In this document: positions 13,271 through 26,727 of the stretch, in pieces | Numbering within the stretch: the stretch's first letter is position 1 | Layout of the letters: each line of letters opens with the position of its first letter | Assembly (NCBI RefSeq): GCF_018350175.1 | Contig: NC_058368.1 | Span: forward strand, 190,962,001 to 191,026,000 | Origin: Felis catus | Lineage: Eukaryota | Length of the DNA stretch: 64,000 bases | Direction of reading: 5' to 3' | Program-made: the position numbers and the translations under genes | Notes under the pieces: model-generated | What the model saw: the letters and a program-made list of their open reading frames with translations, nothing else | What the model was told of the DNA's origin: nothing | Database searches by the model: none

Positions 13271-13780
13271 GGGATGTCTATAGTTTTGTATTCTTTTTAC
13301 TTTGAGGATCCATCCAACTCCATCACATTGAGCTTATAAAGCTCTAGTTCCATGCTCAGGTCTTCCCGCATCCTGAAAGACACAGTTCACCTCCATTGCC
13401 ACCTGACATTCATTGGTCAAAGTCCCTTCATTTCTGGCAGGCCAACATATGCTCTTACCTCCTCCAGAGAGTACCCATAAGGCACTGACCCTTTCTCTTC
13501 TCTTGCTCTGATATTCCCACACACTTTTCTGAATCACTCTTTCAGATGTCAACCCAAATATATTGTGAAAACACCAATGATGATTGTCCAACTTAAAGTA
13601 ACTCCCCCCACCCCCACTGATTTCAGTTTTGAAAGTGTAGCACCCTTGTGAAGAACTATATGAGTTCTCAGTCTCTCCTTTCTCACCTCACTTCCCAATT
13701 CGCTTTATTCTCCCTTACTCCTAGGCTCGAGACTGCCCAAACTTGAGACTCACTTGGGGTGCTAGCAGAAAGGGTTGTTA

Positions 13781-13880
13781 GGGTATTGAGGAGAGCACCT
13801 TTTGGGAGGAGCACTGGGTGTTGCATGGAAACCAATTTGACAATAAATTTCATATTAAAAAAATAAAAAAAAAAATAAAG
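13781..13880 (+). mobile_element. Felid-type L1 extreme 3' end
   Basis: gggtattgaggagagcaccttttgggaggagcactgggtgttgcatggaaaccaatttgacaataaa plus A-tail. Same sequence family as 8190-8260. Confidence 0.88.
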
Positions 13881-14019
13881 AGACATTTGGAAGGCAAAAA
13901 AAAAAATGGTTGTTTAGGGGGTCCTTGTTTCAAAAACTCCCACTGGCCAACATGTGACAGGGCGTCACATTGCCTACTGCCCAGATTGAAGCTGAGACTT
14001 CACATGTAGGGGGTGAGCC

Positions 14020-14150
14020 AATCCACTCATTTTGCAGGTAGAGGAAATGGAGCTCAGTAAGCAAGGTGCTTTGCCCAGGGTCATAGGACTGGCTACTAGG
14101 CAGGCTGGAATTAGACCTCAGGTCTGTGAATTCCTGGGTTACTGCTCTTT
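14020..14150 (-). mobile_element. MIR fragment
   Basis: cattttgcaggtagaggaaatggagctcag...ttgcccagggtcata. Confidence 0.7.
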
Positions 14151-16789
14151 CCATCGCAGGCCACTATCTGAGCACAGATCCCTGACTACCCAGACTTTTG
14201 AGTAAGCTTCTGGTATTTTCAACAGTCTACCACATCGGGCTGGATCCCCGAATCTTCCCACGATGCACCAGAAGGCATTCAGCCTGCCCAGAGCTACAGT
14301 GTGCTTTCTTTCCCTGCCTCGCCCACCTGCTGTCTTCAAACCCTGACTCCTCCCACCGCACCTGAAAACTGCAGCTCCACATTTGGGCCACTGGTTTCCA
14401 ACACCTACAAGTCTTCACTCAAGTATGACTTGTTGTCCAGGCCAGGCCCCTTCTCTCGTCACCCAAGGCCTAGAGTGGCTATCAGAGTTTGCACATAAAT
14501 ATGGTATAACTTGTACTCACATAGCCTTATATTCGAGAACATTATCCTAGAATCTAGAATTCTTAGCATCTACCACATCACATCTGATGTCATTGACTGT
14601 AACAGTGGAGGGGAAAGAAAACAACTGGGCATTTTGTTAATTGCATTTATTAAGGGATCCTTTTTAGTGTTCTCCTCTATAGGTAAAACTCTGAAGATTT
14701 TATTGTTTCTTGGCATTTAACTTTTCTGAAAAAAATTGTGTGTGTTTATTCAGTTATCAAACACATGTTTCCCGTTCTATCTTCCTGCCTAGAACAGTGT
14801 CAGGCACACAAGAGATGCTCAATAAACAGGACAGATAAGGTTCTTAATCTCACAGAATTCTTCTTCTGATAGGAAAGGGCCAAGTCACCAAACAGTTTTG
14901 TAAAGTGTGAGAAAGGCTTTAATCGGAAACATCTATGATGCTTTAGGAGCATACAGGAGAGACATCTAACTTAGATTTAATAGGTCAAGAAAGACTTCCT
15001 TGAAGTAGGGATTTCTATGCTAACAGCTAGTGGAAACACACAAGCTAGGGAAGTAAAGAAAATTTCAATTAAACCAGCATTATCAGAAGAGAGACGATAT
15101 ACTCAAAGCCTTGCAAGTAATGAAGAACTTGGTCCATTTGAGTACTGGAAGTATCTATACCCCTTGGCCCTTCTTCTTTGGCTCTTGCTAAGGTCTACAG
15201 CATATGCACATATTTAACTTATATTCTGATCCAAATAATCCAACCTCAGCCACTAAATGTATACACACAGACATGCATGTAAAATATGTAGCCATACATG
15301 CTGTAAACATCCATGCACTCCAGAACGAGCAAGAGAGATTAAGAGATTTGATACTCAGTCCCCACATCTTTCTCACACATGCTGACTCTCTTGCCACATT
15401 CATACAAATCTGGCATTTTACAATACATTTTTAAAAAATATATGATTACCCCCCAACTCCTCGCCAAACACAAGTCAATGACTGTATCTGGCATCTGGTG
15501 CTTAATCTGAGGAACCATGATCTGTTCCATCACTGGTGGAATAAATGGCTGTTTCAGACCTCTGGAGAGGTGACATACATGTCACCTAATATTTCTAATG
15601 TGAAGCAAAGGTCCCAGGGCCACGAGCACATCCATGTTTTGCATTATAGGCCCTGGATCAACCTCTCTTTAGACCCCAGTGAAAAGTTCCCTTTTAAAGA
15701 CGTGAGAATCAAGGTCGCTAAGAGGAACAGTGAGTTGTCCAAGCCCACACCAGACCAGGGGCAGCACAGCTCCGGGAATCTTATCCTTCCAGGAAATACC
15801 CCTTTGTCCAAGCATCCTATTCTTATAGATGAATTTCGGAGGCAAGCACAGAAGATCTTGGCCCAAGCTTCGTGATAGGATCATAGTTACCCTTTCAGAC
15901 TCCATGCCTTCTTTTTTTTCCTAAAATACCAGTCTTTGGAATCAGGTGGCATTCATGAATGTTTATCTCCTCTGTAACAGCCTACCTAATAAAATGGCTG
16001 GTGAGCTTGTAACCTATGGGAAAGAGCTTGGTGGTTGCTGAGAATGTAATCAATTACACTAAATATAGCTATTCACCATGTGAGCACCTGGAATGCCCTT
16101 ATCAACTAGATGAAAAGGTAATGATGTTTTCCTCTTAAAACTGTGCCACCATCTTTGAAAGCCCACACAATTTCTTCTGTGAATCACCAGCAGCCTCGAG
16201 TAAGAGGAGAGAAACTTTTCTGTTTACATGTTTCAGTGAGCAGACTTTGGCAAGTTAGCAAACTAAACATGAGTGCCAATATATCCTCAACTGGATTTAG
16301 AAAATGTTGTATTCCTACTGCTATTATTACAAGTAAAACTGAGCGTTCCTAATTTTTATTGCTTCTTGTTTTAGCCCCCACCCCCCACCCCCACCACCGG
16401 CCTCCACTGCAGCTCTTGAAAATAATTTTTAGGTTTTAGGCTTTGAGTAACAACCAACTGGCATTTGAATGAAATGAGACAGAATCACTTCATAAAATTC
16501 AACCCCGATTTGCTAGTGAATCAAGACACAAAAGTGATCTTCCCATTATTCTATTAGACCCAGCCCTCACCCTCTTCTTGGTGTTCATGTTTGTATATTC
16601 CCTTGATAGGCATCTTGTTTCTGACACACAGCAACATGAGTGAGCAAGTCTCTGAAGGCTGCAAAACAATGTTGCCATTCTGCAGCCAGCTTCTTTTGGC
16701 AGAGGAATGTTGACCCAGGACATGGAAATACGCCAGATGAATATCTGAGAGGCACTAATTAAACATCTGGAGAGTGACCAGTGAGCGCC

Positions 16790-17210
16790 GTGTGGCCCAA
16801 GAGCATGGGATTTGGAACAAGACACCTCAGTTCGATTCCTGCCCCCACTATCATCACTTGTGTAATTTAACATTCCTGACCCTTCGGTTTAACAGCTATA
16901 AAGTAAGGATGAAGACCATACATACTTTAACTTGTTGTGGGAACAGAAGGAGATGATATAAAAATAGTATTTACCATAGTAATAAAAAGAGATGCATTGA
17001 GCACTTACAATGTGCTAAGCGTTGTACACATTATATCATGCAGTCCTCGCGACAACCTTAGGAAGAATCCACTCTTACAATTCCATTTTGTGGATAAGAA
17101 AACTAAGGCACAGAGAATAACAGCCAGAATCAGAGGCTGACTTGGGGGGAGCTGGGATCCATTCCTGAGCAGACTGCCTCTAGAGCCACACTCACAACTA
17201 TTAACTGCAC
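16790..17210. mobile_element. Two adjacent MIRs in opposite orientation
   Basis: Forward MIR at about 16790-16975. Reverse MIR at about 16990-17210 (ttgagcacttacaatgtgctaagc...ttccattttgtggataagaaaactaaggcacagaga). Confidence 0.65.
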
Positions 17211-17776
17211 TCCCTCACTCTTAAGTACCAAACTTTCTACGGTACTGTTAAGTACCAAACTTTCTACGGGTCCCCTTCAGCCTTCAAATGCTATGATCCT
17301 ATGACTTCTATAGCAAAGTGTGCCTTTTAACACAGACACAGAAGACCTAGCTAGTTGTGGCACAGAGCGGCACAAAACGTTAAGATACCTTTCGATCCTA
17401 AATAAACATATGCGTGTTTACGTGAAGGCCCGTATCTGTCCAAGCAAGCACCACGCTCAGGTGGGAACCTAATGCTTCTGGGTGAATTGTAATGAAAACA
17501 TTTCCACCGTGGCCCTGTGCCCAGACACCCAAGCCACCTGAGCTACTGAAACGGTACCTCAAACTCCAGTGTTACTGTGACCCCAGAACAGCATAGTGCT
17601 CCTACTGGACTTACAAGACAGAGAGCCCACCATAGCCCTTATCTTTGCTTTGTCCTCATGTGGCTCCTCAAATTTTAAGATTGAGATGAAAACCATGAGC
17701 AGTCTATATACAATTTCAGCCTCTGCTACACACTTTCTCTATGCTAATTCCTCTGCTTCACTCAGAAACCTTGTGA

Positions 17777-17972
17777 GGGGTGCCTGGGTGGCTCAGTCAC
17801 TTGGGCGTCCAACTTTGGCTCAGGTTATGATCTCCTGGTTCATGGGCTTAAGCCCCATGTCGGGATTTGAGCTGACAGCATGGAGCCTGCTTCGGATTCT
17901 CTTTCTTTCTCTCTGCCCTCCCTGGATTGCACTCTCTCTCTCTCTCTCAAAAATAAATAATAAACATTAAAA
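17777..17972 (+). mobile_element. Can-SINE inserted in a MIR
   Basis: ggggtgcctgggtggctcagtc...(CT)n...aaaataaataa. TSD aaaccttgtgag / aaatcttgtgag. MIR sequence (cccattttacagataaggaaactgaa) resumes afterwards. Confidence 0.92.
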
Positions 17973-18869
17973 AATCTTGTGAGATTCGTACTCTTCTCCC
18001 CATTTTACAGATAAGGAAACTGAAGTCCATAGACGTTTAAAGGTATATTCAATAACATGTCTAGGAAGCAGCAGAAATGGAATTTAACCCACATCCATCT
18101 TAACAGCTAAGCCATGTTCTAAACGTCTTCTTCTCAAATGTTAGCACGACTAAACACACAAAAAATAAACCTTCTAGGCTTATAAATCATAATGCTTCAT
18201 CGACGTTATTTGGCAAGGTTTTGTTTGGACGAGGAGGGCCTGAAGAGCACACTTCTCTGGCTTTTGTAAATTCAGCCCTGCCAACCACTTCTGCTATATG
18301 TTGGAAGAAGAAGGTTGTGTTCACATTTTTTTTATATAAGAAAAATAAATAGAAAATACAATGCAGCAATCAAATTAGGGTTCTCTAAGATATGGTTACA
18401 TAGGAGAGCACTTTTGATGTCTGAATTTGACTTTGGTAAAGTCTGCACAGTACATTAACTTCTTCATTACTGTAGCAATTCTCTTTGAGACCCAGAGGGA
18501 ACAGAGATGTGCCCACAGGACCCTGAAAGGAGAGTTGAAAGCAGATGTCTGCCACGTAATTTCTACTGAGAACAGAAAATTAAAGGGTAGGGTTTAAGAC
18601 CCAACCACTAAAAGCTTTAGGGAACACACAAGACCATAAATGTGGCTCCCAGAACGGGCTCTAGACCTGGATGAGCCCACACTTTGGAACTGTTTGCTTT
18701 TGTTCAAACACGGGGAAATCATTTTAAACAACAGATGGATTAAGACTAAAAACAGCTCTTTCAATGGACCATTTGTCATGTGTACTCAGGTTTTTCTTTT
18801 TTCTCTTTATCTAAGATAATGTTCTCAACTCTTCTGGAGAAACTTGCAAAGTAAAGGAACGGGTGTCAT

Positions 18870-19700
18870 GTTGGATTGCTCTTTTCTTCCTCACAAGCAG
18901 CATCCTACCCAAGCCACACATCCTGCCAAAAATATCTCCCCCAAAATATCTTCCTCCCTACCTCGCCTCATCCTGGCTCACATCACTATTATTGCACACC
19001 TGGATTATTGTAATAGCCTTCTTTCTACCTCAGCTCTGTCTCTCCCCTGCCCTTCTGCAGTGCCTTCTTACCACGGCAGTCATAGCCATGCCAGTAAATT
19101 AAAAAATCTGGCCATCGTTCTTCTGCTTAAGAAGTGGCTCAGAAGTAAACTTTCAGAATAAAAACTCCTACCTTCTTCTGATTTACAGATACTCCATGAT
19201 TTGGCCCCTGCTGACCCTCTGATCTTATCCCTATTATCCTATCTATCATCACACCCTGTGCCTCAGCCACACAGTAAAACACTCCTCTTTGCTTCTTGAA
19301 CATGCTATCCACACCTTACCACAACATCTTTGCACATGCTGGTTCCTCTGATGGAATGTTCTTTGCCCAGACATCTGCCTGCTTAACTTCTTCACTTCTT
19401 GGAGATCGTTACTCAAAATCACCTATATGAGGTTTTTCTGGACTATCTACATGTTAATTCCATCACTCCAATGACATTCTCCAACCTTCATCTAGGAGGT
19501 CTTTTTTCCTCCTTAGCAATTATCAATATCAAAAATACTAAGTATTTCTTTACATCTTGCTTACTGTCAGATACCATATTAGAATGCAAGCTATATTCAG
19601 GGAAGTGTCTTTTCTCTTTTATTTCTTTTACATCTTTGGAACCTAGAATAGTGTGTGACACACGATAATTACTCTTAGTGATTAATTGTTAAAAGAGTAA
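18870..19700 (+). mobile_element. L2 3' region
   Basis: cacctggattattgtaatagccttct, ctttgcacatgctggttcctctg...gaatgttctt and cctagaatagtgtgtgacac are typical of the L2 3' end. Confidence 0.7.
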
Positions 19701-20289
19701 CTAAAACATAATTAATGTGTATGTTTGGGGACAAATAAGTAAGCAAATGGAATAGAAGTAGATGCAACTACTTGGTACAAAGTAGACACTCAGTGATTTA
19801 AAAGATTAAAAACATGGATGAATCATAACATGGGGTAGTATCTGGGATGGTGACTTACAGGTGACTGTATTTGATTCTTTACGATTAACTATATCACTCA
19901 TTTATACATGATAAATTTTTACAATTATGTTTCACTCATATAGGACTTTAGTTAACAAAATTTTTCCATATACCACATCGTGTTTTCATCTCTGAGTGGT
20001 ACACCAAATAGGATTATATTGCCTTTTACATGGGAAGACCTAAGGCGGAGAGAAAAATAAACTGATTATCCATGAACTCACAGCTAGTAAGTGACAAGGA
20101 TAGAAAAATCGGAAGGCATTTATTCTTTTGTTTATGTAAAGTGACTGAAAAATGACAGGAAAAGTCTTTGTTTTAAGTATGCTTCTATCAAAATTTCAAC
20201 ACACTAGCAGCTCGATGCTGATAATAAGAGGCATCTAGACTTGAGCCTACACCTGAGGATTTATATAATGCTGGGCAGAAAAATGAAAA

Positions 20290-20860
20290 AAAAATACTTT
20301 AAATGATGGTAAAATATGCATAAAAAAGCCAAGACGGTAAGTTTTATGTTATGCGTACAGATCAGTGGCATTAAGTACATGGACACTCTTACGCAAACAT
20401 CCCCACCGTCTATCCCCACAACCCTTTTCATCTTGCAAAAGTGAAACTCTATACCCATTAAATAATAACTGCTCATTCCCCCTTCCCCATAACCTCTGGC
20501 AACCACAATTCTACTTTCTTTCTCTTACGAATCTGACTATATACCTTATTTAAGTGAATCAGATTTGTCTTTTTGTGACCAGCTTATGGCACTCAGCACA
20601 TCTTCAAGGTTTATCCCCATAGCAACATATGTCAGAACTGCTTTCCTTCCTAAGGCTGAATGATATTCTATGGTATGTATATACAACCCTTTGCTTATCT
20701 ATTTATCTGTGGATGGGCAGTTGGGCTTGGTCCCAGCCTTAGGCTACAGCAGATAAAGCTGCCTTCAACACCAGTGTACAAATATCTATTTGAGGTTCCT
20801 GTCTTCCCTCTTCTTGGGTATATCCCTAGAAAGGGAATTATGGGATCACGTGGAAATTAA
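20290..20860 (-). mobile_element. Old eutherian L1 (L1MB-like) 3' end
   Basis: cagtggcattaagtacat...gaaactctatacccattaaataataact...ctggcaaccacaattctacttt...taaggctgaatgatattc. Confidence 0.8.
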
Positions 20861-21572
20861 AAGCTTATTTTTATAACAAAGATTGACGATAACTGATAGA
20901 CATCATTGGTAGCGAGTGGCTGCTTAAGCCTACACTTCACTGGACCTGGACACACAAACAAGCCAGTTCACACCGTTTCCATCCCAAAGTGCATTGCTGG
21001 CTTTATTTTCATCAAGAACAGCCACTCACATAGCCCATCATCTACTGAATGTCTTCCATTCACTGGGCTTGATGGTGACCTTGCTTTCATCATAGGGCTT
21101 GCCATCAACTGGGAAGTCGGGCAGATATTGCACAAATCATAACAAATCATCACTTTATGACTGTGATACATGCTTCAATGAGAAAACACAGTGTGTTGTG
21201 AGAATACTGAATTAGTCATCAGGACGGAGATAAAGGAGACTTCTGCAAGAATCAGGGTAAGTTTTATCATGCAAAGGGGAGTTGAGCACCCATGAAATAT
21301 CACATTTATTTTGCAGAGTAAACAACTGGTGTTGAGCATCATTAAATTACTCCCTCCAAATTTCAGAACCATACGCTGAAGATTCAGAATAATGTTGGCA
21401 ATATTCAGATGCTCATCAGATATATTAATTAGACTAATTAGCCTAAAGTTTAATTAAATAGTAGCTATTAAGTTCATTATCCCCATAACACTGATTTATT
21501 TTTTAAAGTAGTGGTTTGGGATTCTACATATAATTATTTTCCTCTATAATGTTGTATTTTCTATTTCAGTGG

Positions 21573-21604
<32 letters not shown>

Positions 21605-21645
21605 ATTTATATTATTATATATTATTTATATATATTATATATAAT
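21573..21645. repeat. (TA)n / AT-rich low-complexity tract
   Basis: Seen directly. Confidence 0.9.
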
Positions 21646-22929
21646 AGGAAACTGTTGGATAAGTGAGCTCTATCTTACTTTCTTTTTACCATTATTTTTC
21701 AGTGATAATCTGTTTTGGTTCTCTTCTGTTACAAGGCCAATATAGGAGTAAAGTAGAACTGGCAGATTTAAAAACCAAACGTTACCTACTTTTCACCATC
21801 TCCTGTCACGAAGAGAAAATTATTTAAACATCAAAAAAAAAACCTATTTTTATCAAACTATTTTAACCCAGAGCACCTTGGGACACTGATAATTCCTTAA
21901 TAAACTAGGAGAATGTTTCAAGTTCAATGAATCCCTTCTCCTGAAAGTATTAATTTCCTCCAAAAAAGTATGATTCGGGTTAAAAATATTTTAAAAAATC
22001 ACAAAAATACTTTATTAAGAATACCCGCCCCCCCAAATAAATCTAACACACAGAAACCATTTTATTCTATTCCAATCAGTTATGCTGGGACTCAGTGACT
22101 CCATTTGTAAAAGGAGGGTATTTATTACCTGCGCGGGTGATCTCAAGAGAGTCTGTGCAAGAATCAAATGAGAGGATATGAGATTAACACAAAACGACTA
22201 AATCAAACTTGTGAATGCCAAATACACATATGCCAAATACAGGTTTCTAGAGACAGCTAGTTTTTCACCAAAGATTTATATTCACCTTTCTTATTTTGGA
22301 GTTGCTTCCTGAAAGCAGTGCCCTGCCAGGAATAACAACCCTCCCCAGCCTTCTCCCACAAGTCATGACCCTGGGGCCATGAATCCTTAAGGAATTTGCC
22401 TGTAAACATAGGGGCCAGTCCCTTGCAAATTTCTCTCACAATTCTTTATAGCTTCCTTTGCGCTGGCTGGGTGTAGCACCCAAGGTGATTTTGGGAGCCA
22501 CTGCAATAAAAAATGACAAAACCACCTTCAGTCTGGGTTCATGAGTGAATGTGAGGAGCAGAGCCCTCACCCCCCTCTCTGCCACTGTATTCTAGGTGAG
22601 TGAGAAACTATCTGTTTTGTTAATCACTGATATGGGGTTTATCATCTGCTACAGTTTCTAGATTTTGACTCATACAGTAAGGCACTGGTGTGAAGTCATA
22701 GATCTTACTGCATGACTATTGCATTTATAGGAAAAATGAATATTTTAAACATAAATCTTACATTTTTTTTGTTATATTACAGTCATTGTCAATGTTTCAA
22801 AAGAAGGCTGACTAGCCCACAATTGAAAAAAACAATTAAAGAGAAAAGACTTTTTGAGGTGAAATACATACTGTGAAAATACGTAACAGCATTACCCAAA
22901 TTGAATGATATAGATAACTGAGGGCATCA

Positions 22930-23173
22930 GATGGACCGTCTGTGGTCACTAAGGGAAATTCTGGGATAAACAAATAACATCTCCTCACGGTATAAATATG
23001 TGAATACTCAGAGCCTACTATAAGCCCATGCATTCTGTAAATCTCCAAGGAGTGAACGAATGGAGGTGGGTAAGTACTGTTTAAAGTTTTCCCCAACTTT
23101 GAACTCAAAATCTTTACTTTCCATAGCATTTCCTGGAACAAGCATTTCATGAAGCATGTCTCGGGAAACGCTG
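22930..23173. mobile_element. MER5C/MER112-like hAT-Charlie MITE
   Basis: ctcagagcctactataagcccatgcattctgtaaatctccaag...gtttccccaacttt...gggaaacgctg. Confidence 0.55.
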
Positions 23174-23329
23174 ATGTAACACACAATCTTGAGATTATTA
23201 TAGAAAAGCGGCCATCATGCTCTCTCTCAAGGTTTCTGAGTGTCTTTCTAAGGACCCAGGCGAGGGGACAGGCAACATTACTAATGGTTTCGGAAGTTCC
23301 TAAAGAGGATGAAGGATCTTACTGGTTCA

Positions 23330-23930
23330 GTGGATGCAGTTTGAATATGAACTGTGGGTTAGAAAATAGAATTGTAGCAATTGTAAGGGTCCTGAGGTTT
23401 GATTATTTTACTGTGTTTATGTAAGAAATGTTTTTTTTTTAGTATTTATTATTTTTTTTAAGTTTTATTTATTTATTTTGAGAGAGAGAGAGAGGGCATG
23501 AGTGGGGGGAGAGGTAGAGAAAGAGGAAGAGAGAGAGAATCCCAAGGAGGTTCTACACTCTCAGTGGAGATGTGAGGCCCGAACTCACTACCTGTGAGAT
23601 CATGACCTGAGCCGAAATCAAGAGTCAGATGCTTACCGAAAGAATGTTCTTTTTTCTTAGGAAATGTGCACGGAAATATTTAAGATCAAAGAGGCATGAT
23701 ATCTCCAACTTACTCTCAACCTATTGTTTTAAAGAAAGCACATATAGGGGGTGGAGAGAAATAGAGGGAGTGGAAAAGGAAGAGAGAAAGAAATATAAAG
23801 GGAGGGAGGAGAGGGGGAAGGGAGAGGAGCATTACATGAACATAGAGTAAAATGTAAGTACTTGGTGAATTTCAGTTAAACAGCTTCAGAAGTTCCTCCA
23901 TACTCTTGTCATTTTTCTATGCTTGGTATT
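23330..23930 (+). mobile_element. Old L1 (L1MC/MD/ME-type) 3'UTR interrupted by a SINE
   Basis: tttgaatatgaactgtgggttaga...ttcttaggaaat...gaggcatgatatctccaacttactctcaa. Confidence 0.6.
23430..23640 (-). mobile_element. Can-SINE (5' head truncated)
   Basis: Poly-T, (GA)n, gagatcatgacctgagccgaaatcaagagtcagatgctta. Confidence 0.9.
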
Positions 23931-23934
23931 TTAC

Positions 23935-23936
<2 letters not shown>

Positions 23937-23967
<31 letters not shown>
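23937..23967. repeat. (AC)n microsatellite
   Basis: Seen directly. Confidence 0.95.
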
Positions 23968-23968
<1 letters not shown>

Positions 23969-24630
23969 CTAGAAAAAGAAAGAAGAGCGATGCCCTGTAG
24001 TTAGTAAATTCAATACTCAGTTTGGCTGTGTCTCATTTCTAACATGTCATACATGGCTATTTAAAATTGCCCTTTTCAGAACTGAATGGCACCTGAATCT
24101 GTGAGTTTTGACTTAAAGTGGCTCTTATCTCTGGCTGAACTGGGTTGCTGTCCCTGGTTGGTGGGCAAAAAGTGAGTGTTGCTCTGTACTGTTTATTCAT
24201 TCAGGAGGCTTCTGCTTTAAGAAACAATTCAAAATCTCTCTCTTTTTTTTTTTTTTTTGCCTCTTTAGCAAGAATTGCAGCCTCTCGTTTTTTTTTTTTT
24301 TTCCGTCAATGAATAAGCCACGTGCTGAAAAATAAAGGTCATAGACAATTTGCTAGGTTTCTGTTGCTCCTGGAGGAAAAGAATTGGAAACTCAGTAGCT
24401 GCTGATCAAGGAAACTATTAATATTTTGCCAAGTCAAGCTGACTGGCAGTAATTACCCCACAGATTACTTTTGTGTTGTGCTGTAGTTGGCTATTTGTTA
24501 CTTTTTCCACTGCAAGGAAGATCCAGGACGCCAGTTACTGTTTTCAAGCCAGACACGGATGGGCTCCTTCTGTAGCTATCTGTGATACAGTTTGTGCATA
24601 AGTCAGCCCCTTAGAGTCAAAAATGTATTT

Positions 24631-24837
24631 GGGGGCAGCTGCGTGGCTCAGTCAGTTAAGCGTCTGACTTAGTCTCAGGTCATGATCTTAAGGTTCATGG
24701 GTTCCAGCCTGATGTCGGGCTCTGTGCTGACAGCTCAGAGCCTGGAGCCTGCCTGGGATTCTGTGTCTCCCTCTCTCTCTGCCCCTTTCCCCACTCATGC
24801 TCTGTCTCTGTCTCTTTCAAAAATAAATAAACATTTG
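24631..24837 (+). mobile_element. Can-SINE with 12-bp TSD
   Basis: TSD aaaaatgtattt at 24619-24630 and 24838-24849. Confidence 0.94.
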
Positions 24838-24957
24838 AAAAATGTATTTAAGCTAGGAAGTGCTGTCAGTTACCTGAACACTGGGGTACCAATATGTACT
24901 TCTGCACTCTGAACACTTTCTTCCCTGCTTGGTCTTTGTTCCCTCTTTCTCTTGCAT

Positions 24958-24960
<3 letters not shown>

Positions 24961-24995
<35 letters not shown>

Positions 24996-25024
24996 TTTCT
25001 CTCTCTCTCTCTCTCTCTCTCTGG

Positions 25025-25105
<81 letters not shown>

Positions 25106-25127
25106 TTTCTCTCTCTCTCTCTCTCTT
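24961..25127. repeat. Compound (CT)n repeat punctuated by GGTTTT
   Basis: Five (CT)n runs separated by four identical ggtttt spacers. Confidence 0.95.
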
Positions 25128-26497
25128 CCCTCATTGGATACCATTTTCATCATAGTTACTGCCTACCTCAAATAAAAATATCAGTTGATAGCACATCTCC
25201 TCTTCTAGTTTCTATCAAATTTTTCAAGTCCCCTTCTCAAAAAACAGATCTTGAAAGAGAGGTAACTAAGCCTGGGGTCTACTTCCTCACCAATGCAACA
25301 CAGTGTGATTGGTCTTTCCATACCTATCCCTCCATGCTGATCACTGGATGATGTGTTGTTCTCAGCAGCCACAAATGCAACACAGACCCTAATAAAAAGG
25401 TCTATGAAAGGATGACAACTCTTGGCCTGAGTTAGTAACAGCTACCCCCTGCCCCCTGCCTCTGTGTCAGTGCCTCATTTTAATGTTTAAATAATTTTAA
25501 GGTTTCAGAAGGAAGTACCATTCTAATTACAACCACTATCCATTCACTTTCTCTCAGTGCTGTAATTCTGTGAATCTTAAACATTATTATAATCAGAGCT
25601 ACGGCAATTTCTGGAAATTTAAGGAAGTTTTACTCACTGTGGCATTCTCTAAAATTAGGTCTAATTTCTTCTGGATAATAAATGCTTTCACAGAGATGGA
25701 AAGAATCCTGGTGAATTTCCAAAGCAAAATGTGCAGTAGGCTCTTGTTAAACTAATTCTTAAATGGAGTGATTTTTCCAAATATGGGCTAGCCTTGGGCG
25801 GTCTTAATGCATTACTTACTTTTAAGTGATTAAAGGTAACTCCTACCAAATCAATAGAAGAGATACTAAAGAGGGAACAGTAAAACTGAAATTAGCATTA
25901 ACTGAGGCTAGATATAAAAATAATATGAGATCATGTTTTTATTTAAAAGTCCAATGGAATTATTGGAGGTTAAAGAAAATGAAATGAGAAATTGGAGATG
26001 TAATTGGATTGGCAAGTGTCCTCCCTTACAGATCTCTTTTAGAGGAAATTATACTCTTCTCCTGTAAATTATCTAAAAGACATGAATGCTAACACCAAAA
26101 TAAATGAAACCTACTCCAATGTCTAGACAGCTAAATTATGATAGACTGTTAACTATTCAGTTAAACACCAAAAACCTCTAATGATCAAGAATCCCTACTC
26201 TGTCCCTCTGGGATGATACAAAAGAAGATGCAAATCACTACATTTCTGGACATTTTATAAAATGTCATCTTCATTAGGGTATCTCAGGCTGATAACACAA
26301 GGGCAAAGGAGTGACACATGATTGGAATCTACAAAGACCTGAAAGGAATAGAAGAGGAACATAAATGCACAAGTGCTTTTAGCTTGAAAGAGATGTACTG
26401 AGAATGAACAAAATAAACTTTAACACCCAATCTGTAGCAAACCTAAGGGCTCCAGTACCATGACAAAATGCTGAACGCTGTTTTAAAAGCTTCAAGG

Positions 26498-26727
26498 GGG
26501 GCGCCTGGGTGGCGCAGTCGGTTAAGCGTCCGACTTCAGCCAGGTCACGATCTCGCGGTCCGTGAGTTCGAGCCCCGCGTCGGGCTCTGGGCTGATGGCT
26601 CAGAGCCTGGAGCCTGTTTCCCATTCTGTGTCTCCCTCTCTCTCTGCCCCTCCCCCATTCATGCTCTGTCTCTCTCTGTCCCAAAAATAAATAAACGTTG
26701 AAAAAAAAAAATTAAAAAAAAAAAAAA
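26498..26727 (+). mobile_element. Young SINEC_Fc Can-SINE
   Basis: CpG-intact head ggcgcctgggtggcgcagtcggttaagcgtccgacttcagccaggtcacgatctcgcgg. Long A-tail. TSD aaaagcttcaagg (26485-26497 and 26728-26740). Confidence 0.97.

Noticed and set aside
24853..25351. ER/SL-repeat ORFs
   Set aside because: Translation of the (CT)n/(GA)n microsatellite.
26379..26701. ORFs such as MGQRETEHEWGRGRERG... and GAPGWRSRLSVRL...
   Set aside because: Can-SINE-derived reading frames. The same peptides recur at other SINE copies.
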